This document shows positions 56,499-64,000 of a DNA stretch of 64,000 nt, in pieces (the stretch's first letter is position 1; every line of letters starts with the position of its first letter). Source of the DNA: Candidatus Rokuibacteriota bacterium (GTDB taxonomy: Bacteria > Methylomirabilota > Methylomirabilia > Rokubacteriales > CSP1-6); NCBI GenBank assembly GCA_016188005.1, contig JACPIQ010000008.1:128484-192483 (forward strand), written 5' to 3'. A program made the translations under genes and the position numbers. The notes under the pieces are model-generated. The model ran no database searches. It saw only the letters and a program-made list of their open reading frames with translations, and was not told the DNA's origin.

Positions 56499-56521
56499 CA
56501 GGTCCGGGACTGCTCCGTATA
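56493..56521 (+). promoter_or_regulatory. near-consensus sigma-70 promoter upstream of the guaB-family gene
   Basis: TTGACA-N17-TATACT. The -10 element lies inside the inverted repeat ccgTATACTgaccgctaaATACGG. Confidence 0.45.
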
Positions 56522-56629
56522 CTGACCGCTAAATACGGTATGAGTCGCCAGAAGACTCTCTAAATATCGGGTGTGGCGCCGGCGCCGGGGCGCTCCCCCG
56601 GCCTCGCCCGCCCGAGGGGGGAACACGGC

Positions 56630-57790
56630 ATGGGGATGTGGGTCGGTCGCGGCCGGAAGGCGCGGGCGGCGTATGGGTTCGATGATATCGCCCTGGTGCC
56701 CGGGGCGGTGACGATCAATCCCAGCGAGGTGGACATCTCCTGGGAGCTCTGCGGGCGTCACTTCCAGATCCCCATCATCGCCGCCGCCATGGACGGGGTC
56801 GTGAGTCCGGCGCTGGCCATCGAGATGGGCCGGCTGGGCGGGCTCGCGGTGCTGAACCTGGAAGGCATCTTCTCCCGCTACGAGAACCCCGAGGACGTGC
56901 TCGACCACATCACCTCCGCCAGCCTGGAGGAGGCGACGCGGATCATCCAGGGTATCTACGGCGAGCCGATCAAGGAAGAGCTGATCCACCGGCGCATCAC
57001 CGAGATCAAGAAGGGCGGGGGGCCGGTCGTGGTCTCCTCCATCCCCCAGCGCGCCGAGCGTTTCGCCAAGATCGCCGAGGACGCGGGCGCCGATTTCTTC
57101 GTCGTGCAGTCCACGGTGACGACGGCCCGGCACATCGCGACGGAGTACAGCCCTGTGGACCTGCGCAAGCTCAAGAAGAACCTCTCGATCCCTCTCATCG
57201 TCGGCAACACGGTGACCTACGAGGCCTGTCTCGAGCTCATGGACTGCGGCGTTGACGCGCTCCTGATCGGCGTGGGACCGGGAGCGGCCTGCACCAGCCG
57301 CGAGGTGCTGGGCCTGGGCGTGCCCCAGGTCACCGCCACCGCGGACTCGGCCGCGGCGCGGGACTTCTACTACAAGCGGACGGGCCGGTACGTGCCCATC
57401 ATCACCGACGGTGGCATGACCACGGGGGGAGACATCTGCAAGGCGCTGGCCGCGGGCGCGGACGCCGTGATGATCGGCTCCGCGTTTGCGCGCGCCCAAG
57501 AGGCCCCGGGCCGCGGCTATCACTGGGGCATGGCGACCCCGCACTCGAATCTGCCGCGCGGCACGCGCATCCGCGTTGGCGTCGCCGGCCCGCTCGAGCA
57601 GATCCTCTACGGGCCCGCCTTCACGGAGGACGGCACGCTCAACCTCGTGGGCGCCATCAGGACCTGCATGGGCTCCGTGGGTGCGGCCAGTGTCCGCGAG
57701 CTCCAGCAGACCGAGCTGATCATCGCGCCCTCGATCAAGACCGAGGGCAAGGTCTTCCAGCGCGCCCAGAAGCTGGGTTCTCCTCGCTGA
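56630..57790 (+). CDS. IMP dehydrogenase/GMP reductase family protein (no CBS insert)
   Basis: TIM-barrel IMPDH-family motifs (…FDDIALVPG…IIAAAMDGV…GVGPGAACTSREV…). GAGGGGGG Shine-Dalgarno before the ATG. Confidence 0.85.
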   Translation: MGMWVGRGRKARAAYGFDDIALVPGAVTINPSEVDISWELCGRHFQIPIIAAAMDGVVSPALAIEMGRLGGLAVLNLEGIFSRYENPEDVLDHITSASLEEATRIIQGIYGEPIKEELIHRRITEIKKGGGPVVVSSIPQRAERFAKIAEDAGADFFVVQSTVTTARHIATEYSPVDLRKLKKNLSIPLIVGNTVTYEACLELMDCGVDALLIGVGPGAACTSREVLGLGVPQVTATADSAAARDFYYKRTGRYVPIITDGGMTTGGDICKALAAGADAVMIGSAFARAQEAPGRGYHWGMATPHSNLPRGTRIRVGVAGPLEQILYGPAFTEDGTLNLVGAIRTCMGSVGAASVRELQQTELIIAPSIKTEGKVFQRAQKLGSPR

Positions 57791-57855
57791 CGCGCAGGCG
57801 CGCCCTGCCGCCACGGCTCCCGTCCGCAGGCCTCGGGCCGCCCCGCCACCCCGAT

Positions 57856-58050
57856 GAGCCCCGGAGGGGCGAAGAGGCCCAACCGCAACCCGAAGTCATC
57901 CACATTCAAGCGACATGGTTAGAGCCCCGGAGGGGCGAAGAGGCCCAACCGCAACCCGAAGTCATCCACATTCAAGCGACATGGTTAGAGCCCCGGAGGG
58001 GCGAAGAGGCCCGACCGCAACCCGAAGTCATTCACATTCAGGCAAGATAA
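57856..58050. repeat. tandem array of 3 x 66-bp repeats related to the 27.5-kb array
   Basis: Units start at 57856, 57922 and 57988 (gagccccggaggggcgaagaggcccaaccgcaacccgaagtcatccacattcaagcgacatggtta). They share the core ggcgaagaggccNaaccgcaNcccgaagtcatccacattca with the 63-bp family. Confidence 0.85.
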
Positions 58051-59592
58051 ATGGACAAGATCGCCATCCTGGATTTCGGCGCCCAGTACACCCAGTTGAT
58101 CGCCCGCCGGATCCGCGAGATGTCGGTGTACTCCGAGATCATCGCGTGCACCCACCCCGTCGAGGAGGTACTGGCCGGGGGCTACAAGGGGATCGTGCTG
58201 TCCGGCGGCCCCTCCAGCGTGTACGACGAGGGAGCGCCGCTGCCTGACCGGAAGCTCTTCGAGGCGGGCATCCCGATCCTGGGGATCTGCTACGGCATGC
58301 AGGCGATGGCCTATCTCCTGGGCGGACACGTGGTTCCGGCCCAGCGCCGGGAATACGGCGGCGCCGAGCTGGCGCTCGAGGGCACCGGAGGGCTTCTGGA
58401 CGGCATCGTCCCGGAGCGCGACAACCGTGTCACGGTGTGGATGAGCCACGGGGACACGGTCATGCGGCCCCCGAAGGGCTTCACGCGGCTGGCCTCCACG
58501 GCGAACTGCCCGGTGGCCGCCATGTCCGATGAGAAGCGGCGGCTCTTTGCCGTGCAGTTCCATCCGGAGGTGGCCCACACCCCGCAGGGCAAGACCGTGC
58601 TGGGGAATTTCCTCCGCGCCTGCGGCGTGGCTCGGGAGTGGTCCATGACCTCCTTCGTGGACTTGGCCGTCGAGGCCGTCCGCCGGGCGGTTGGGCAGGA
58701 CCAGGTGCTGTGCGCGCTGTCGGGTGGCGTTGACTCCTCCGTGGTGGCGGTGCTGGTGCACAGGGCCATCGGGGAGCAGCTGACATGCCTCTTCGTCGAC
58801 AACGGACTGCTGAGGAAGGGGGAGGCCGAGAGCGTCGTCGAGACCTTCCGCGACTCCTTCAAGATCAAGCTCATCCACGTGGACGCAAGCACTCGATTTC
58901 TCGAACAACTCAGGGGCGTGACGGACCCGGAAACCAAGCGCAAGCGCATCGGGGCCGAGTTCATCGCCGTCTTCGAGGAGGAGGCCCGAAGGCTCGGGCG
59001 CATCCCGTGGCTGGCCCAGGGCACGCTTTACCCCGACGTGATCGAGTCGGTGTCTTTCAAGGGACCGTCGGCGACCATCAAGACCCATCATAACGTCGGC
59101 GGCCTCCCCTCCCGGATGCAGTTCAAGCTCGTGGAGCCGCTCCGCGAGCTGTTCAAGGACGAGGTGAGGCAGGTGGGGACTCTCCTCGGCCTCCCGGCGC
59201 AGATCATCTGGCGGCAGCCCTTTCCTGGGCCCGGGCTGGCGATTCGCGTCCTTGGCGAGGTGACCGAGGAGCGGCTGCATCTCTTGCGCGAGGCCGACGC
59301 CGTGGTGCAGGAGGAGGTGCGGGGCGCCGGCCTCGAGCGCGAGCTGTGGCAGGCTTTCGCGGTGCTCCTGCCTGTCCGCACCGTGGGCGTGATGGGTGAC
59401 TTCCGCACGTATGCGCAGGTGATCGCGCTCCGGGCGGTGATGAGCCAGGACGCCATGACGGCCGACTGGGCCCACCTGCCCTACGATCTCCTCGGGAAGA
59501 TCTCGAGCCGGATCATCAATGAGGTGAAGGGGATCAATCGCGTGGTGTTCGACATCTCCTCCAAGCCCCCCAGCACCATCGAGTGGGAATAG
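58051..59592 (+). CDS. guaA: GMP synthase (glutamine-hydrolysing)
   Basis: N-terminal GATase (ILGICYGMQ) plus an ATP-pyrophosphatase (SGGVDSSV) and a C-terminal dimerisation domain. Confidence 0.95.
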   Translation: MDKIAILDFGAQYTQLIARRIREMSVYSEIIACTHPVEEVLAGGYKGIVLSGGPSSVYDEGAPLPDRKLFEAGIPILGICYGMQAMAYLLGGHVVPAQRREYGGAELALEGTGGLLDGIVPERDNRVTVWMSHGDTVMRPPKGFTRLASTANCPVAAMSDEKRRLFAVQFHPEVAHTPQGKTVLGNFLRACGVAREWSMTSFVDLAVEAVRRAVGQDQVLCALSGGVDSSVVAVLVHRAIGEQLTCLFVDNGLLRKGEAESVVETFRDSFKIKLIHVDASTRFLEQLRGVTDPETKRKRIGAEFIAVFEEEARRLGRIPWLAQGTLYPDVIESVSFKGPSATIKTHHNVGGLPSRMQFKLVEPLRELFKDEVRQVGTLLGLPAQIIWRQPFPGPGLAIRVLGEVTEERLHLLREADAVVQEEVRGAGLERELWQAFAVLLPVRTVGVMGDFRTYAQVIALRAVMSQDAMTADWAHLPYDLLGKISSRIINEVKGINRVVFDISSKPPSTIEWE

Positions 59593-59692
59593 TAGTGCGA
59601 GCCGAGGCGCGCCTCGCGGCGAGGCGAGCGGACAAGGAGGTCCCCCGAGCGGGGCGAGGCGTGCGAGCCGAGGCGCGCGGCGCGTGACGGTG

Positions 59693-62600
59693 ATGGGCGC
59701 CGCAGACTTCGTTCACCTCCACGTCCACTCGGAGTACAGCCTCCTCGACGGGGCGGCGCAGCTCGAGAAGCTGGTCGAGAAGGCCGGCGCCCTGGGCTTC
59801 CCGGCCCTCGCGTTGACCGACCACGGGAACCTCTTCGGGGCCATCGACTTCTACACGGCCTGCCGGAAGACCGGGATCAAGCCCATCCTGGGCTCGGAGC
59901 TCTACGTGGCGCCCGGCAGCCGGTTCGAGAAATCGAGCCAGGACGGCGGCTACGAGGGTGCGAGCCACTGCACGGTGCTGGTCCGCAACGAGACCGGCTA
60001 CCGGAACCTGATCAAGCTGGTCTCGAAGGCCTACCTCGAGGGTTTCTACTACAAGCCGCGCGTCGACCGCGAGCTGCTCTCCCAGCACGCCGACGGGCTG
60101 CTGGTGCTGTCAGGGTGCCTGAACTCCGAGGTGAGCCGGCTCCTGTCCGGCGGCGACGAGGCCAAGGCCCGACAGGTGGCGGGGTGGTATCAGGATGTCT
60201 TCGGGCGGGAACACTACTTCATGGAGCTGCAGTCCCACGGTCTCGAAGAACAGGCCCGCGTGACCGAGGGCACGCTCCGCATCGCCCGGGCGCTCGGGGC
60301 CCCCGTGTGCGGGACCAACGACTCCCACTACCTCGAGGCGGCCCACGCCCGCGCCCACGAGGCGCTCCTCTGCATCCAGACCGGCGCCACCCTGGCCGAT
60401 CCGAACCGGTGGCGCTTCTCGAGCGAGCAGTTCTACCTCAAGTCGGCGCAGGAGATGCGCCAGGTCTTCCGCGACCTGCCGGAGGCCTGCGCCAATACCC
60501 TGGCGGTGGCCGAGCGCTGTGACCTGGAGCTCGGCTTCGGCAAGTTCCACCTGCCCAACTACGGGGTGCCGGAGGGGCACAGCCTCGACTCCTACCTGGA
60601 GTACCTCGCCCGCGCGGGGATGGCGACGCGCTACGGCTCCCCGGCTCCCGACGCGGTGGCCGAGCGGCTGCGCTACGAGCTTGGCGTCATCTCGCGCATG
60701 GGCTTCTCGGGCTACTTCCTGGTGGTATGGGACTTCATCAGCTACGCGCGCCGCCAGGGGATCGCCGTGGGACCCGGGCGCGGGTCCTCGGCCGGATCGC
60801 TGGTGGCCTACTGTCTCGGGATCACCAACGTGGACCCGATCCGCTACGATCTCCTCTTCGAGCGCTTCCTGAACCCGGAGCGGATCTCGATGCCGGACAT
60901 GGACATCGACTTCGCGGACGACCGGCGCGACGAGGTGATCCGGTACGTCGTGGAGCGCTACGGGGCCGACCGCGTGGCGCACATCATCACCTTCGGCACG
61001 ATGGGCGCCAAGGCGGTGATCCGGGACGTGGGGCGGGTGCTGGGCTTCTCGTACGGCGAGGCCGACCGCCTGGCGAAGCTCGTGCCGGGCTTCCCGCTCA
61101 ACATCACCCTCGACGACTCCCTGGAGAAGGCGCCCGAGCTCGCCCAGCTGGTCAAGCGCGACCCGCGGGTGGGCGAGCTGTGGAGCGTGGCCAAGGCGCT
61201 GGAGGGGTGCACGCGGCACGCCTCGGTGCACGCCTCGGCGGTGGTGATCTCGGACGAGCCGCTCATGGAGCGCGTGCCGCTCTACAAGGACCCGAAGCGC
61301 CCGGAGCTCATCACGGGCTTCGCCATGGGGCCCATCGAGAAGCTCGGCCTCCTCAAGATGGACTTCCTGGGTCTCAAGACCCTGACGGTGATCAGCGACG
61401 CCGTCCGGCTCGTAAAGGAGTCGCTCGGCGTCTCGCTGGACCCGGCCGCGTTTCCGCTGGACGACGCCCGGACCTATCAGCTCCTCAGCGAGGCGCGCAC
61501 GCTGGGGGTATTCCAGCTGGAGTCGCCGGGAATGCGGGACGCGCTGCAGAAGCTGCGTCCCGGCCACATCGAGGACCTCATCGCCATGGTGGCGCTGTAC
61601 CGGCCGGGTCCCATGGACCTGATCCCGGACTTCGTCAACCGGAAGCACGGGCGCTCGCCCATCACCTACGAGCACCCGGCCATGGAGGAACACCTCAAGG
61701 CGACGTACGGGATCATGGTCTACCAGGAGCAGGTGATGCGGCTGGCTGCGGCGCTGGCGGGGTTCACGATGGGGCAAGCCGACACCCTCCGGAAGGCCAT
61801 GGGGAAGAAGGACCGCGAGCTCATGGCCCGGCAGCGGGAGCAATTCATCGCCGGCTGCCGGGCCAAGCAGATGGACGCGCGGAAGGCGGAGCGGATCTGG
61901 GAACTCATCGAGAAGTTCGCGGGCTACGGCTTCAACCGCAGCCACGCCGCCTGCTACGCGCTCGTGGCGTACCAGACCGCCTATCTCAAGGCGAACTATC
62001 CCGTGCAGTTCATGGCCGCGCTCCTCACCTCCGAGATGGACAGGACGGAGAAGATCGTCCAGCACATGGACGAGTGCCGGACCATGGAGCTCGCGGTGGC
62101 GCCGCCCGACGTCACTGCCTCGGAGGCGCGCTTCACGGTGTCGGGCCAGGCCATCCGCTTCGGGCTGGCTGCCGTCAAGAACGTCGGGGCCTCGGCCATC
62201 GAGTCCATCGTCCGCAACCGCAGCGAGCACGGGCCCTTCACCTCGCTGGGGGATTTTTGCGGCCGCGCGGACCTCCGGCTCATCAACCGGCGCGTCATCG
62301 AGAGCCTCATCAAGGCCGGGGCCTTCGACACGCTGGGCGCCACCCGGGCCGGGCTGCTCGCCTCGCTGGACGAGGCGATGGAGGCCGGGCAGCGGCGCCA
62401 GCGAGACCGCGACGAGGGCCAGGGCTCCCTCTTCGACGTCCCGGGGGACGCCGGGCCGGCCCTGCCGGCCGCGGCGGAGCGCCAGGCGACGGTGCCCGAG
62501 TGGGCCACGGAGCAGCGCCTCGCCTACGAGAAGGAAGTGCTGGGCTTCTACCTCTCCGGGCACCCGCTGGAGCGGTACCGCGAGACGGCCCGGGAGCTGG

Positions 62601-63215
62601 GCACGGCGGGGGCGGCGGAGGTGGCCTCGCGCCCCGCGGCGACGCGCGTCGCGCTCCTGGGCCAGATCAGCGCCCTCAGGGAGCGCGCGACGAAGAGCGG
62701 CAACCGCATGGCCTTCGCGACGCTCGACGTGGCGGACGGCGGCGTGTCGCTCACCGTGTTCCCGGAAGCGCTCAAGACCTGCGCCGCAGCGCTTCGCGCC
62801 TCCGGCCCGGTGATCGTCAAGGGACGCATCGACGAGACCGAGAAGGGGCGGGTCGTCCTCGTGGAGGAGATCGCTCCGCTGGACGCTGCGCTCCGCGCCG
62901 CTGGCGCGGGTCCGCGCGGGCGCCTCGCCGGCGTGGGAGCGGCGTCCGTCGGGGCCGGGCTGGAGCACGGCGGGGAGCGGCACGCGCACGCCTGCAGGGT
63001 CCGGTTGCGCCCCGAGGCATCGCCCGTGGAGCCGCTCCTCACCGCGGTGCGACAGGTCTGCCGGGAGCACCCGGGCGAGACACCGCTCTTCCTGCACGTG
63101 CTCCTGCCGGAGCACGAGGTCGTGGTGAAGGCCCCGGGATGTCCCATCGCGCCCGGCCCGGAGTTGACGGAGAAGCTCGAGAGGCTCCTCGGGCCGGGCA
63201 GCATCACGGTCGAGT

Positions 63216-63232
<17 letters not shown>
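59693..63232 (+). CDS. dnaE: DNA polymerase III subunit alpha
   Basis: PHP domain [15 protein letters not shown], polymerase core, OB-fold. The ATG at 59693 fits the conserved N-terminus, and an alternative GTG lies at 59684. Confidence 0.93.

Positions 63233-64000
<768 letters not shown>

Overview
This is a 64 kb window of about 70% GC, gene-dense DNA from a diderm (Gram-negative-type) bacterium. The lineage cannot be assigned from sequence alone. Nearly all of it is core housekeeping chromosome. I found no phage, integrative element, defence island, CRISPR array, rRNA or tRNA.

The minus strand at the left end carries one long efflux operon: an RND adaptor, an AcrB-like RND pump and a TolC-like outer-membrane protein, followed by a MacA-like adaptor and a split MacB-like ABC ATPase and permease. 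It is divergent from a class II (B12-dependent) ribonucleotide reductase gene, nrdJ.

The rest is on the plus strand:
- Genes at 12.3-17.0 kb: a c-type cytochrome, a hybrid GAF-GAF histidine kinase with a receiver domain, and Ppx/GppA.
- Genes at 17.1-27.5 kb: HNH nuclease-uvrB-uvrC, then leuS-lptE-holA, then a neutral-ceramidase-like exported protein.
- Genes at 27.9-32.6 kb: rpsT (minus strand), murJ, xerD and a CBS-CCA/poly(A)-polymerase family gene.
- Genes at 32.6-41.5 kb: pyrG, then the conserved kdsA-kdsD(kpsF)-kdsC-lptC-lptA-lptB-rpoN-hpf-rapZ cluster. Its genes overlap by 4-8 nt, which suggests translational coupling.
- Genes at 41.5-64.0 kb: a GH57 glycoside hydrolase, metK, ahcY, a UPF0182 membrane protein, lptF-lptG (minus strand, apparently fused), valS, birA, coaX, a guaB-family gene, guaA, dnaE and the start of accA.

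Most of the long minus-strand or antisense ORFs in the supplied track are GC-driven artefacts.

Observations worth a second look:
1. An in-frame TAG 13 codons into the essential valS gene.
2. Two related tandem-repeat arrays in intergenic DNA (6 x 63 bp and 3 x 66 bp) that share a roughly 45-nt core.
3. An in-frame LptF-LptG fusion.
4. A composite RND plus MacAB efflux locus built around a single TolC.
5. rapZ translationally coupled to a GH57 enzyme, with ptsN and npr absent.
6. Two sigma-54-type promoter matches in a window that also encodes rpoN.
7. Several genes with a TACAAT -10 element immediately upstream of the start codon and no Shine-Dalgarno sequence.
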